The position numbers were made by a program, and so were the translations under genes. A stretch of DNA of 64,000 nt. Source: Oligoflexales bacterium (lineage in GTDB: Bacteria > Bdellovibrionota_B > Oligoflexia > Oligoflexales > CAIYRB01). Positions within the stretch are counted from its first letter, which is position 1, and every line of letters begins with the position of its first letter. The notes under the pieces were generated by a model. That model made no database searches. It was not told where the DNA came from and was given only the letters and a program-made list of their open reading frames with translations. Of the stretch, positions 28,925 through 39,455 are shown piece by piece. The stretch covers positions 1-64,000 of the forward strand of contig JBGSUI010000075.1 of assembly GCA_041736175.1 (NCBI GenBank). The letters are read 5' to 3'.

Positions 28925-29836
28925 ATGTCTTTAGCATCGATTTCCGCCTCAATGGTCAAAGAACTCCGCGAAAAAACCGGCGTGGGCATGATGGAATGCA
29001 AAAAAGCCCTCGAGGAATCCCTGGGGGATATGGACAAGGCTGTGATTTGGTTACGTGAGCGAGGCATGAGCCGTGCGGCAAAAAAAGCTGACCGGGTTGC
29101 TGCCGAGGGACTTGTAGAGGTCTATGTTCAGCCTGACCAAAAAGCTGGCGTCTTGGTGGAGCTTAACTGCGAAACCGATTTTGCTAGCAAAAATGAAGAG
29201 TTTAGGACTTTAGCCCTCGAAATCGCTAAGGTGGCCATCGGCCAAAAAACAGAGTCTGTCGAGACTTTGCTCCAGGCTAAAGCAGGCTCAGATACCGTTA
29301 AAAACAAGCTTACCGGCCTAATCGCTAAGATTGGCGAAAATATGACTCTTAGAAGGGTCAAATTCCTCGCTGTAACCCAAGGGGTTGTTTCAGGCTACTC
29401 CCATATGGGTGGCAAGATCGGGACTCTTGTGGCACTCGAAGGTGCTACAGATGCTGCTGTAGAAGCTTTGGGTAAAGATTTAGCAATGCATGTGGCTGCA
29501 GCGGCTCCCCGTTATATGATCGGGAGCGAAGTGTCAGCTGCAGAGGTGGACCAAGAGAAGGACATCGCTCGCAAGAGGCTTCTTGAAGAAGGTAAACCTG
29601 CAGAAATGATTGAAAAGATTTTAGTCGGCCAAGTTCAAAAATTTTATAAAGAAGTCTGCTTTTTAGAACAACCATTTGTCAAAGATCCTAGCCTTTCCGT
29701 CCAAAAATACGTGGATGCCCAAAAGAAGGGTCTTAAGGTTAAGGGTTTTTCCAGATTCCAGTTGGGTGAAGGGATCGAAAAGAAAAAAGACGACTTTGCC
29801 GCCGAAGTGGCTGCAGCCGCTGGCCTTAAAAACTAA
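28925..29836 (+). CDS. tsf: Elongation factor Ts
   Basis: VKELREKTGVGMMECKKAL, ELNCETDF, LAMHVAA. Confidence 0.98.
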   Translation: MSLASISASMVKELREKTGVGMMECKKALEESLGDMDKAVIWLRERGMSRAAKKADRVAAEGLVEVYVQPDQKAGVLVELNCETDFASKNEEFRTLALEIAKVAIGQKTESVETLLQAKAGSDTVKNKLTGLIAKIGENMTLRRVKFLAVTQGVVSGYSHMGGKIGTLVALEGATDAAVEALGKDLAMHVAAAAPRYMIGSEVSAAEVDQEKDIARKRLLEEGKPAEMIEKILVGQVQKFYKEVCFLEQPFVKDPSLSVQKYVDAQKKGLKVKGFSRFQLGEGIEKKKDDFAAEVAAAAGLKN

Positions 29837-29850
29837 GCCTCTTTTATACA

Positions 29851-29910
29851 AATGCTAACCGCCTCGACTCCCCTCCTATCAGGGGAAGTCAGGCGGTTGG
29901 CATTTTTTTT
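29851..29910 (+). terminator. Intrinsic terminator after tsf
   Basis: 14-bp stem AATGCTAACCGCCT/AGGCGGTTGGCATT enclosing TCCCCT/AGGGGA, ending in a T8 run. Confidence 0.85.
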
Positions 29911-29993
29911 GTAGGTTTTCTGAACTTTGTTAAGGTATGAAGGTATCCTTGGATGAAGAAGCTTAAATTAAACTTTCGGCAGATGGTGGGTCT

Positions 29994-30710
29994 ATGGCGG
30001 AATGTAAATACGAACATGTGATGTTGAAGCTTTCTGGTGAAATGTTGGGCGGCAAACAAGGTTATGGCATTGACGGAGATGCCTTGGTCGCCATCGCTAA
30101 GGAGATCCAAGAAGTCCACACTCTTGGCTGCCAAGTTTCTGTGGTGATTGGGGGCGGCAATATCTTTCGGGGGTCCGCCGCGGCCAAGTGGGGAATCGAA
30201 CGGGCCTCAGCCGACTATATGGGAATGCTTGCTACGATTATCAATGCCTTGGCTTTGCAAGCCACCTTGGAAAACAAATTTCAAGTCCATACCAGAGTCA
30301 TGACGGCCATCAGCATGCCGGAGCTTGCCGAACCCTATATCCGTCGCAAAGCGATCAAACACCTTGAAGCCCGCCGCGTGGTTATCTTTGCCGGGGGGAC
30401 CGGTAATCCTCTCTTTACAACCGACACCGCAGCTAGCCTTAGAGCCCGCGAAGTTGGGGCCGACATTATCCTTAAAGCCACCAAAGTAGATGGAATCTAT
30501 GATAAAGATCCTATGAAAAATCCAGATGCTAAACGGTTCACGACCCTGACCTACTTGGATGTCATCTCTAAAAGACTCGACGTTATGGATGCGACAGCCA
30601 TCACAATGTGTATGGAAGCAAATTTGCCGATCATGGTATTTAAGTTAGCAGAACCTGGTTCGGTCCGCTATGCCTTGACCCATGAAGGTGTTGGAACCAT
30701 TGTTAGGTAA
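29994..30710 (+). CDS. pyrH: UMP kinase
   Basis: [34 protein letters not shown]. Confidence 0.98.
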   Translation: MAECKYEHVMLKLSGEMLGGKQGYGIDGDALVAIAKEIQEVHTLGCQVSVVIGGGNIFRGSAAAKWGIERASADYMGMLATIINALALQATLENKFQVHTRVMTAISMPELAEPYIRRKAIKHLEARRVVIFAGGTGNPLFTTDTAASLRAREVGADIILKATKVDGIYDKDPMKNPDAKRFTTLTYLDVISKRLDVMDATAITMCMEANLPIMVFKLAEPGSVRYALTHEGVGTIVR

Positions 30711-30731
30711 AATTAAGAAAGGCTATATACC

Positions 30732-31286
30732 ATGGATAAAATCACAGAAACATGCAAAGAGCAGATGGAAAAAAGACTCAAGGCTTTTGAAAACGAACTC
30801 GCCAGGGTTCGGACCGGCCGTGCGTCGATCACACTCCTCGATGGGATCAAAGTGGATTACTATGGTTCCCCAACCCCAATCAATCAAGTGGGGACCCTCT
30901 CGACACCCGATGCCAGAACCATTGTGATTGCCCCTTTTGAAAAAAAGGTTATCCAGGATATCGAAAAAGCCATCCAAAAAGCCGATCTTGGGATCCAACC
31001 TACCAACGATGGCAACGTCGTCCGGATCCCTATCCCCGCACTCACCGAGGAGCGGCGCAAGGATATCGTCAAAAGCCTCAAAAAAATGGGCGAAGAATGC
31101 AAAGTATCCTTACGAAATATCCGTCGCGACAATAATGACCTCGCTAAAAAGTCCCTCAAAGACAAAAAAATCAGTGAAGATGACGCTAAAAAGCTCGAAG
31201 GCGAGATTCAAAAAGTGACTGACCAGTATATTAAGGTTGTCGACGAGCGCTTGGCTAAAAAAGAGCAAGAAATCATGAAAATATGA
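30732..31286 (+). CDS. frr: Ribosome recycling factor
   Basis: RTGRAS, VDYYG, PALTEERRK, RNIRRD. Confidence 0.98.
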   Translation: MDKITETCKEQMEKRLKAFENELARVRTGRASITLLDGIKVDYYGSPTPINQVGTLSTPDARTIVIAPFEKKVIQDIEKAIQKADLGIQPTNDGNVVRIPIPALTEERRKDIVKSLKKMGEECKVSLRNIRRDNNDLAKKSLKDKKISEDDAKKLEGEIQKVTDQYIKVVDERLAKKEQEIMKI

Positions 31287-31293
31287 GGTTGTG

Positions 31294-32346
31294 ATGTTTT
31301 CCCTCTCCCGAGGCTTGACCTTTGATGATGTCCTATTGGTACCTGCCTATAATGGTATCAAATCGAGAAATTTGGTGATGACGGGAGTTAAGATCGCAGG
31401 AAGAACCTTTGATATTCCTCTCGTTAGTTCCAATATGGATACGATCACGGGCCTGGAAATGGCACAATTTATGGCACAGCAGGGCGGCCTGGCATTGCTC
31501 CATCGCTTTATGTCCATTGAAGAAAACATCAAAGCATTTAAGTCCGCACAAAATCCACAAAAGGTCGGAATTTCCATCGGAATCGGCCAAGAAGGGTTTG
31601 CCAGGGCCGAGGCCCTTATCGATGCTGGGGCTGAGATTGTGTGCGTGGATGTGGCCCATGGCCACTCCAAAGAGGTGAATCGAACGATTCGCGATTTACG
31701 CAGCCGCTTTCACGATAACATCATGATCCTTGCAGGTAATGTGGCAACCTACGCTGGCGCCGATTACCTTGCTTCTGCTGGAGCGGATGTCATTAAAGTG
31801 GGGATAGGCAGCGGCTCGGTATGCACCACTCGCATTAAAGCCGGCTATGGTGTCCCCCAGCTATCAGCGATCTTTGAATGCTCTAAAATCGACCGCTCCA
31901 TCGTTGCGGACGGAGGCATCCGCTACCCTGGAGATGCGGTCAAGGCCCTTGCAGCAGGAGCTGATCTTATCATGCTCGGTGGGATGCTTGCAGGCACCGA
32001 TGAAACTCCTGGCGACCTCGTGGAAAAAACCATGCCTGACGGGTCTAAGAAGTCCTTTAAAAAGTTCAGGGGAATGGCCTCACGGGAAGCCCAAGAAGAC
32101 TTTATGGGAGTGATGCAGGATTGGAAAACAGCCGAAGGTGTTGCCGTTGAGGTTCCCGCCAAAGGTCCAGCTATCAACGTGATTCTAGATATTATGGGAG
32201 GAATTCGCTCCGGGATGACCTATTCGGGAGCCACTGAGATTCGAGATCTTAAACGCAAAGCACAATTTATCGAAATCACCCAAGCGGGTCGCGTGGAGGG
32301 GACTCCCCATGCAGTCGATCGATATTCAAACGGCAGGACTTTTTAA
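31294..32346 (+). CDS. IMP dehydrogenase / GMP reductase family protein lacking CBS domains
   Basis: LTFDDVLLVP, SSNMDT, DVAHGHS, GIGSGSVCTTR (catalytic Cys), ADGGI, FRGMAS. Confidence 0.9.
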   Translation: MFSLSRGLTFDDVLLVPAYNGIKSRNLVMTGVKIAGRTFDIPLVSSNMDTITGLEMAQFMAQQGGLALLHRFMSIEENIKAFKSAQNPQKVGISIGIGQEGFARAEALIDAGAEIVCVDVAHGHSKEVNRTIRDLRSRFHDNIMILAGNVATYAGADYLASAGADVIKVGIGSGSVCTTRIKAGYGVPQLSAIFECSKIDRSIVADGGIRYPGDAVKALAAGADLIMLGGMLAGTDETPGDLVEKTMPDGSKKSFKKFRGMASREAQEDFMGVMQDWKTAEGVAVEVPAKGPAINVILDIMGGIRSGMTYSGATEIRDLKRKAQFIEITQAGRVEGTPHAVDRYSNGRTF

Positions 32347-32348
32347 TC

Positions 32349-33806
32349 ATGGGTCCTGCTAAGAGCGCACTTCAGGTCGCCCAAGAGATCCTCCAGAGAG
32401 AGCGGTCTGTCGTCGACGTCGTTAGCGAGTCTTTAAACCAGATTGGTGCATTGAACCCACAGATTGGTGCTGTGGTATACCTCCGCAGCCAAAAGGCTCT
32501 GGAAGAAGCTGATGGGGCCGATCGGTGGCTAAAAACAAATCCCAAAGAGATCCCCACCTTTTTTGGCGTCCCGACACTGATTAAGGATTTGACCGAGGTC
32601 CAAGGAGATGTGGTCACCCATGGCTCAAGAGCCTTTGCGGACAAAATCGGCAGCTACGATGCTACGGTGGTCAGCAAAATCAAACAAGGTGGAATGATCC
32701 TCGTGGGTCGCTCCAATAGCCCTGAGTTTGGTTCGTTACCTGTGACAGAAAACCTGCTCCATGGTCCTACCCGCAATCCTTGGAACCTAGAACACACCCC
32801 GGGAGGATCCAGCGGCGGCGCGGCAGCAGCGGTCGCAGCCCAGATGGTGCCCATAGCCCATGCCAGTGACGGGGGCGGGTCGATCAGGATACCGGCATCC
32901 TGTTGTGGGTTGATTGGCCTTAAACCCCAGCGGGGGAGGGTCCCCAAGGGTCCATGGGTTACAGAGATTCTCCACGGTATTTCTACAGATGGCTGCGTCT
33001 CACACACCGTCGAAGATTCTGCTGCGTTTCTAGATATGATCAGCCATCGCGATCCACTCGCCTGGTTTGGTCTAGAAACCCGCCCTGGTTGCTTTCAGGA
33101 AGGGCTTAAACTCCCAACACCCAAGCTTAGGATTGGCTACACCTTACAGGGTCCTATCATCCCGAGATCGCCGTACACCCGACGTCCTTCGGGAACCGGA
33201 TCTGTGGATACTGTGTGTATCGAAGCTTTGGATCATACCCTAAACAAACTACGGGACCTTGGGCACGAAGTGTTTGAGGCCACCATCCCTTGGCCAAAGG
33301 ATGGCGACGATCTCCTGGGAGATTTTATCGCACTTTGGGCGAGTGCAGGCGCCTATATGCCTCACGTGGATGAATCCCTCATCGAACCCTTTAACCTAGC
33401 TCTCCGCCGCTATGGACAGGACCAAACTAGTTTTGATTTTGTCGCTGCTGTCGCTCGTCTGCAGGTGTATTCGCGAAAGTTTCTTACCTCTATGGTTTCC
33501 CATTGCGATATTTTAGTCACTCCTACCCTTGCTATTGAACCACCCCCCATAGGCTGGCATTTTGAGCCTTTGGATTCTGCGGCATCCGAGACAACGCCAA
33601 CCAACGCAACAATAGTCTTGGACATGATGCTCAGGGCCTGTGCGCTCACCCCCTATACGTGTTTAGCCAATATCACCGGTCAGCCAGCTATCTCAGTGCC
33701 ATCCATCAAGTCCACCAAGGGTCTGCCGATTGGAGTTCAGTTGATGGGTCCGCCAATGGGAGAGAGACTCCTCCTCCAACTAGCCAGGGATATTCTACTA
33801 GTATAA
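32349..33806 (+). CDS. Amidase signature family enzyme
   Basis: LIKD, TPGGSSGG and DGGGSIRIPASCCG supply the Ser-cisSer-Lys triad. Confidence 0.93.
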   Translation: MGPAKSALQVAQEILQRERSVVDVVSESLNQIGALNPQIGAVVYLRSQKALEEADGADRWLKTNPKEIPTFFGVPTLIKDLTEVQGDVVTHGSRAFADKIGSYDATVVSKIKQGGMILVGRSNSPEFGSLPVTENLLHGPTRNPWNLEHTPGGSSGGAAAAVAAQMVPIAHASDGGGSIRIPASCCGLIGLKPQRGRVPKGPWVTEILHGISTDGCVSHTVEDSAAFLDMISHRDPLAWFGLETRPGCFQEGLKLPTPKLRIGYTLQGPIIPRSPYTRRPSGTGSVDTVCIEALDHTLNKLRDLGHEVFEATIPWPKDGDDLLGDFIALWASAGAYMPHVDESLIEPFNLALRRYGQDQTSFDFVAAVARLQVYSRKFLTSMVSHCDILVTPTLAIEPPPIGWHFEPLDSAASETTPTNATIVLDMMLRACALTPYTCLANITGQPAISVPSIKSTKGLPIGVQLMGPPMGERLLLQLARDILLV

Positions 33807-33814
33807 GCGCTCCG

Positions 33815-35044
33815 TTATAATTCTTTAGAAGGATCATTAAGGGTAGTCAACCGCCTTTTCTTGATTCGTTCGACCAGGGTGGTTCGGTTGAGTCCTAGGA
33901 GTTTGGCAGCTTGGTTTCTATTTTGTCCCGTGCGATCCAGAGCCTGAAGGATCAAGGAATTTTCGAGACCCTCTATAAATTCTTGCAAGTTTAATCCTTC
34001 TTGGGGTAACTGACCAAATTTCTCCGGGAGAAAAAGCTCCTTTTTTATGGTTGGCAAAGTGAGACTGCTGGCGTGGGACTTTAAGCCACTAGACAGGTGA
34101 TTTGTCGGTTCTTGAGACCGGATGGGGGTACGATCTCCTTGAGAAAAGGGATATTCAATACCGAGGTCGGCGGCTAGTTGTTTCCAAAGGTCCGGTGGAA
34201 CATCGCGGGAACTAATGGTGCCACCGCCCTTCATCACAAACAGCCTCTCAATCGTATTTTGAAGCTGCCTAATGTTTCCTGGCCAAGCAAGATGTGAAAA
34301 CTGTTGGATCAAGTCTTCCGCAAGGTAACAGGGATCGTGGTTGATATGGGTGCGGTTAGTAATATCGGTAAAATATTCGATCAAATGGGGAATATCATCT
34401 GGTCGGTCCCGTAAAGCCGGAATATGAATGGGCAGGACATTGAGTCGGTAATAGAGATCCAGTCGAAATTCACCTTTTTTGACCGCTTGGGCCAAATCTT
34501 TATTAGTGGCTGCGACGATTCTAACATTGACTTCTTTTAATTCATTGCCACCGACAGGCGCAAACTTCTTATCTTGAAGAACTCTCAGCAGTTTGGCTTG
34601 AAGGGTCAAAGCCATATCACCAATTTCATCTAGAAATATAGTCCCACCTTCTGCGTATTCAAACTTACCCGACCGCCGCCGATCGGCACCGGTAAAGGCC
34701 CCTCGCTCGTGGCCAAAAAGATCCGATTCAAGGAGATTTTCCGGTATAGCGCTACAGTTGAGCGGCACATAGGGGCGATCTGCCCGTGCAGAAAGCCGAT
34801 GGATCGCTGCCGCGATTAGTTCTTTGCCTGTGCCGCTTTCCCCTAAAATCAACACAGAGCTCTCACTACGGGCGACTTTATAGGCAGTCTCCAGAACCTG
34901 AAGCAGGCTGCTGCTACGTCCTATAACCTCGGGAAAGAGCTGCCGCCAGGATTCGGGGGTATCAGGTGTACGAGTGATTCCTAGCAGTGCTGAACTGGGA
35001 GAAGCCTTCATTTCACTTAAGGGATAATCGTCCCATCGTGCCAT
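33815..35044 (-). CDS. Sigma54-dependent activator (AAA+ plus Fis HTH) without N-terminal receiver
   Basis: [57 protein letters not shown]; only about 35 aa precede the AAA+ domain. Confidence 0.93.
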   Translation of the reverse strand: MARWDDYPLSEMKASPSSALLGITRTPDTPESWRQLFPEVIGRSSSLLQVLETAYKVARSESSVLILGESGTGKELIAAAIHRLSARADRPYVPLNCSAIPENLLESDLFGHERGAFTGADRRRSGKFEYAEGGTIFLDEIGDMALTLQAKLLRVLQDKKFAPVGGNELKEVNVRIVAATNKDLAQAVKKGEFRLDLYYRLNVLPIHIPALRDRPDDIPHLIEYFTDITNRTHINHDPCYLAEDLIQQFSHLAWPGNIRQLQNTIERLFVMKGGGTISSRDVPPDLWKQLAADLGIEYPFSQGDRTPIRSQEPTNHLSSGLKSHASSLTLPTIKKELFLPEKFGQLPQEGLNLQEFIEGLENSLILQALDRTGQNRNQAAKLLGLNRTTLVERIKKRRLTTLNDPSKEL

Positions 35045-35264
35045 AAAAATAGGTTTCCTTTAGTTTTTTTGAACACTGTTAGGAAGGGATAAACTAGGAA
35101 ATCGGGGATTCATAAAAGCTAGTGGGTAGGTCTCTAAGGTAGGAAAAAAGCCTTGTGTGTTATATCTTACCAAAAAACTGGCTGCTAGCGCAATTATTGC
35201 CGTCTTTGACGGCAAATCCTGCTACATTCAAAAAGAGCGATTTCAAAAGCGGGGGGGCAGGTCA

Positions 35265-36368
35265 TTGGATTTTGCAAAGCTGAGGGTGTGTCTTGTTCAT
35301 GATTGGCTTGTCACCTACCGGGGGGGAGAAAAAGTCTTAGAAACTCTTTGCGAGTTGTTTCCCCAGGCACCAATTTTCACGCTTTTCTACGATCCCCGTA
35401 AGATGCCACCCGGTATCACCGGCCATCAGATTTACACACCTAAATTTAGCCGTCTACTGGCCCCTACTCGAAAGATTCTTCTTCCCTTACTTCCCAAAAT
35501 GATCGAAAGCTTTAATCTCGATTCCTATGACCTTATCGTCAGTTCGTCATCTTGTGTTGCTAAAGGAGCTATTAAACGACCGGGTGCTAAACATATTTGT
35601 TATATTCATTCGCCCATGCGATATGTTTGGGACCAAATGGAGGAGTATATTCAGGGTGTAAAGTCGCTCCCTGGTGCCGAAAAAATGATCCGTGCCTACG
35701 CCCCTAAAATGAGATCTTGGGATGTAGGCTCTGCCCAAGGAGTCGATCAATTTGTCGCCAATTCTAGTTTTGTCCAAGACCGCGTGCAGAGATATTATAA
35801 CCGTAGGGCCTCCGTGATTCACCCACCTGTTAATATCGACTGGTACCAAAAAGCAAGCCTGGAAACACCAAAAGGTGGCTATCTCCTAGCAGCCGGTGCC
35901 ATGGTTTCATACAAACGGTTTGATTTAGCGATTGACGCTTGTGAACGTCTTGGTAAAAGGTTGATACTTGCGGGCAGTGGCCCCATGTTACCGCAACTTA
36001 AAAAAATGGCCGGTAACCACTGCCAATTCATCATCCAACCAGACGACCTAACCTTTGCCAAACTGCTCGCCGGTGCGGAGGCTCTGATTTTCCCTGGGGT
36101 CGAGGATTTTGGAATGATCGCTATAGAAGCTATGGCCGCAGGAACTCCTGTCATAGCTTTAAAGAAAGGAGGCGCTTTGGATTTTATCAAAGTCCATGAG
36201 ACTGGCCTCTTTTTCCCTGAGCCGACAGTACAGGATCTCGTCCACTGCATCGATCGTTTTAAGGCTCAAGACTTTAAGCGAGAGATCCTTTGGAATTGGG
36301 TGCTTGGGTTTGGAAAATCCTCATTTCTCCTAAAAATGAAAAGCGAAATAGATTCCTTATTTGTTTAG
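35265..36368 (+). CDS. GT4 family glycosyltransferase
   Basis: LVHDWLVTYRGGEKVL, CYIHSPMRY, EDFGMIAIEAMAAG; probable TTG start at 35265. Confidence 0.92.
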   Translation: MDFAKLRVCLVHDWLVTYRGGEKVLETLCELFPQAPIFTLFYDPRKMPPGITGHQIYTPKFSRLLAPTRKILLPLLPKMIESFNLDSYDLIVSSSSCVAKGAIKRPGAKHICYIHSPMRYVWDQMEEYIQGVKSLPGAEKMIRAYAPKMRSWDVGSAQGVDQFVANSSFVQDRVQRYYNRRASVIHPPVNIDWYQKASLETPKGGYLLAAGAMVSYKRFDLAIDACERLGKRLILAGSGPMLPQLKKMAGNHCQFIIQPDDLTFAKLLAGAEALIFPGVEDFGMIAIEAMAAGTPVIALKKGGALDFIKVHETGLFFPEPTVQDLVHCIDRFKAQDFKREILWNWVLGFGKSSFLLKMKSEIDSLFV

Positions 36369-36387
36369 AGAGTAAAGGATTAACAAT

Positions 36388-37806
36388 ATGCGTCGTCAAG
36401 TCGAAGATACCATCCTATTCATTCGTTTCAGCATCGATATGTCAATGCTGTGTTTGGCATGGATTATTGCTTATTTCTTTAGATTTTCAGGGGCGATTCC
36501 TATCCCGAGAGGGATTCCAGAGTTTGAACTCTATGCCAAACTCCTGCCATTTATTTGGATCATCTGGATGATTGCATTTTATACTGCTGGATTTTACCGT
36601 CGAACCGGCCGTCATAGATCAGCCTTTATTGAAGCTCTCGATATACTACAAAGTTGTTTATTTGCTACCATCCTCTTTATTGCTTTTACTTATGTTTACG
36701 ACGAATACCGCTATTCACGAGGGATGCTCGCTATATTCGCCGGGGTTCATCCTTGGTTAATCATTACTGGAAGGAGCTTAGTTCGCAAATCTTTGCGTCG
36801 GTTTCGCAAACAAAGCCCCGCTCGCCGCATCCTTGTCATTGGCGAAGGAGAAAATCTTTACCGTGCGATCGATTTGATCGAAAAAGATGATTTTTATTTT
36901 AATCATATCCAAGCCGTTATCATCATCGAGCCCTCTGAAACCCAGATACAAGACAAAGAATTTTGCACCACTAAAAATCTGCAATCTTTCCCCATACCCA
37001 AAGATATAGCGAGGTTTGTATCTGAACAAAAAATAGATAGCGCGGTCTTAGCAATCCCCCACAAATCTTACTGGTTTTTGGATCTCTACCTCGAAAAAAT
37101 TGCCGACCAAGTCCCAGAAATAAAAATCATTCCTGATCTCCTACGATTTACCCGATTTGCCGCCGATTTTGAGGTCATGGGCGGAATTCCCATGATCTTG
37201 ATCAACGAAAGTCCTATGGTGGGCATTCGGTCCTTGGTTAAACGGCTTATCGATTTTTTTGGATCCCTCACGGCCCTTTTGCTACTCAGTCCTCTGATGG
37301 TAATGATCTCCATCCTGGTTAAACTAACGTCACCAGGTCCCGTCTTTTACCGCCAAGAAAGGATGGGGCTCGATGGTAAAACCTTCGAAATGCTTAAGTT
37401 TAGGTCGATGCCAGTCAACGCCGAACATTCGACCGGAGCGGTCTGGGCCACTCCAAATGACTCAAGGGCCACAAGGGTGGGCAAATGGCTCCGCAAAACC
37501 AGCTTAGACGAGCTGCCCCAGTTTATAAACGTCCTTACAGGCGAGATGAGCCTGGTGGGTCCACGACCTGAACGACCCGTTTTTGTAGAACAATTTAGAA
37601 CCCATGTGCCCGGCTACTACTTGAGGCACAAGACCAAAGCGGGGATTACTGGTTGGGCCCAGGTCAATGGATGGAGAGGCAATACTTCGATCGAAAAGAG
37701 GATCGAATTCGACCTCTATTATATTCAAAACTGGTCTTTAAGGTTTGATTTTAAAATCCTTTTTTTAACGATCATCAAGGGCTTTATAAACAAAAACGCT
37801 TACTAG
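36388..37806 (+). CDS. Undecaprenyl-phosphate hexose phosphotransferase (WcaJ-like priming glycosyltransferase)
   Basis: Four N-terminal TMs, [45 protein letters not shown]. Confidence 0.95.
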   Translation: MRRQVEDTILFIRFSIDMSMLCLAWIIAYFFRFSGAIPIPRGIPEFELYAKLLPFIWIIWMIAFYTAGFYRRTGRHRSAFIEALDILQSCLFATILFIAFTYVYDEYRYSRGMLAIFAGVHPWLIITGRSLVRKSLRRFRKQSPARRILVIGEGENLYRAIDLIEKDDFYFNHIQAVIIIEPSETQIQDKEFCTTKNLQSFPIPKDIARFVSEQKIDSAVLAIPHKSYWFLDLYLEKIADQVPEIKIIPDLLRFTRFAADFEVMGGIPMILINESPMVGIRSLVKRLIDFFGSLTALLLLSPLMVMISILVKLTSPGPVFYRQERMGLDGKTFEMLKFRSMPVNAEHSTGAVWATPNDSRATRVGKWLRKTSLDELPQFINVLTGEMSLVGPRPERPVFVEQFRTHVPGYYLRHKTKAGITGWAQVNGWRGNTSIEKRIEFDLYYIQNWSLRFDFKILFLTIIKGFINKNAY

Positions 37807-37812
37807 TTTATA

Positions 37813-37841
37813 TTGACATTTTTGTTTATTTTTGTTAAATC
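37813..37841 (+). promoter_or_regulatory. Possible sigma70 promoter
   Basis: Perfect TTGACA followed about 16-17 nt later by TGTTAAAT. Confidence 0.45.
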
Positions 37842-37922
37842 TTTAACCAGATGTGGTGAGACCACATGTCGCGCTGATGCTGAGCTGAATGATTGACCTG
37901 TTGCTGCGGAACTCAAACGACT

Positions 37923-38504
37923 ATGAAAAATTTCTTTTGGCATTCACTATGGCTTATATCCATACCTACCTTAACAACCTCCTGTGGAACTGCTTATAAA
38001 GTCGAAAAATTCAAAAGTTATAGGCTCTTTCTTGTAGAACCAAATCAAGATCTTGAGCCTGAATTTAGGACTCTTATCGACGAATTCAATGTACAAGCGG
38101 GTCAAAACGTTTTGACCTACGCAAAAAATGCCGAAGATGCTAATTCGGCTATTGTGGTGACCGCTGGCTTAAAAAATGCCACCGCTGGCAAAGTCGGTCT
38201 TGGTCAATGGCTTGCTGAATCTAGGACATCTGACAACTCTTTTTCTATAGAAGGACGACCTTCAAAACAAAAGGTCTATTATTCTATGAGGATAGAGTTT
38301 GACCTCGATTATTTTATGACACGCCTCGGCAACGACCCCACAAAAAAATACGAGAAGCAAAAGCTCTTTTTTCATGAAGTAGGGCACGGACTTGAGATGA
38401 ATCACAACAATAAAAATACAGAAGATCTTATGTACCCTGACATCTCAGGAGAAAAAGATTTTAGTTACTTTTTTCAACAAGTCAGAAAATACATGTCAAA
38501 CTAA
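37923..38504 (+). CDS. Matrixin-like (metzincin) zinc metalloprotease lipoprotein
   Basis: Lipobox-like LTTSC, zinc motif HEVGHGLEMNH, Met-turn LMYP; start likely ATG 37923. Confidence 0.75.
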   Translation: MKNFFWHSLWLISIPTLTTSCGTAYKVEKFKSYRLFLVEPNQDLEPEFRTLIDEFNVQAGQNVLTYAKNAEDANSAIVVTAGLKNATAGKVGLGQWLAESRTSDNSFSIEGRPSKQKVYYSMRIEFDLDYFMTRLGNDPTKKYEKQKLFFHEVGHGLEMNHNNKNTEDLMYPDISGEKDFSYFFQQVRKYMSN

Positions 38505-38629
38505 TTTTTATTTATTTAAATTGGCTCTACAAGTATAGCCTAACGATTTTTGTTGTGATATATTTAAGTAAGTGTCTCCCCCCCGCTTTCTTCTTTAAAA
38601 TCCATCCAACTAAATCGATAGGTACCAAC

Positions 38630-39346
38630 ATGGGACAACTGGCGCGCCGTTTGGAGAACGATCAATATACCATCATTTTAGATCCGCAAAGTAGCTTAGC
38701 GACTACTATCGGACAGGCAACCGACACAAAATCAAAGTGGTTTCAGTCTTTCGCTGATCTCATCGAAGAACACAAAAACAATCCAATTCATGCTCTTGCT
38801 TTTTTTGTTAATCTCAATGTTTTCAAATCCGATCCTAAAGTTCTGCCGAGCCTTAAGGATACCTTTCCAGTCTGCCCTGTCTTTGTCCTAACAGAGTCCT
38901 CCTCCGAGGAGCTTACCGAGGCCATGGCCTTGGGTGCAGACGATTTCTTACTAACGCCCATTGAACCATCCATCCTGAAGTTAAGGTTTTTGGTTCGCAA
39001 AGCGGCTATTGCTAAAAGAGCCTCTCGAGACTCGGTGACCGTAGGTGATCTAACGATCGATACGGTCTCTCGCACAGTTTCCAGCCCTAAAACATCTAAA
39101 TTTTTCTCAAATATTGAGATTCGTTTGATCAGCCTATTGGCGCAAAATTTTGGTAAAGTCGTCACTAGGGAAGCACTCAAGGCGTACGGTTGGCCTAATT
39201 TAGAAGTCACGGACAACGCCTTAAACCGTAAACTTTATGAAATCAGACATAGAATTAACATTTTGTCTTCGAATGTTAATATAAGAACCCTCTACGGAGT
39301 CGGGTTTATACTCGAAAAAATGTCACTACTCGATGAAACTGCCTAA
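38630..39346 (+). CDS. OmpR-family regulator with degenerate receiver
   Basis: ALGADDF, winged helix EIRLISLLAQNFGKVVTRE...IRTLYGVGF; start likely ATG 38630, preceded by a weak TTAA-N15-ATCGATAG. Confidence 0.8.
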   Translation: MGQLARRLENDQYTIILDPQSSLATTIGQATDTKSKWFQSFADLIEEHKNNPIHALAFFVNLNVFKSDPKVLPSLKDTFPVCPVFVLTESSSEELTEAMALGADDFLLTPIEPSILKLRFLVRKAAIAKRASRDSVTVGDLTIDTVSRTVSSPKTSKFFSNIEIRLISLLAQNFGKVVTREALKAYGWPNLEVTDNALNRKLYEIRHRINILSSNVNIRTLYGVGFILEKMSLLDETA

Positions 39347-39455
39347 TAGCTTCGCCAAAACGAAGGGGCCTTATTTCGAATCTAGATCTTTTTGGTTTTC
39401 TGTAACATACTCTTCCGTATAGTTTTCTCTCTATCAAAGACTCAAGGAGGTCCCG

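Noticed and set aside
37851..37921. SAM-II riboswitch or hammerhead-like sequence (TCGCGCTGATGCTGAG...CTCAAACGAC)
   Set aside because: Similarity is limited to about 10 nt. The hammerhead core CUGAnGA/GAAA and the SAM-II pseudoknot elements are missing.
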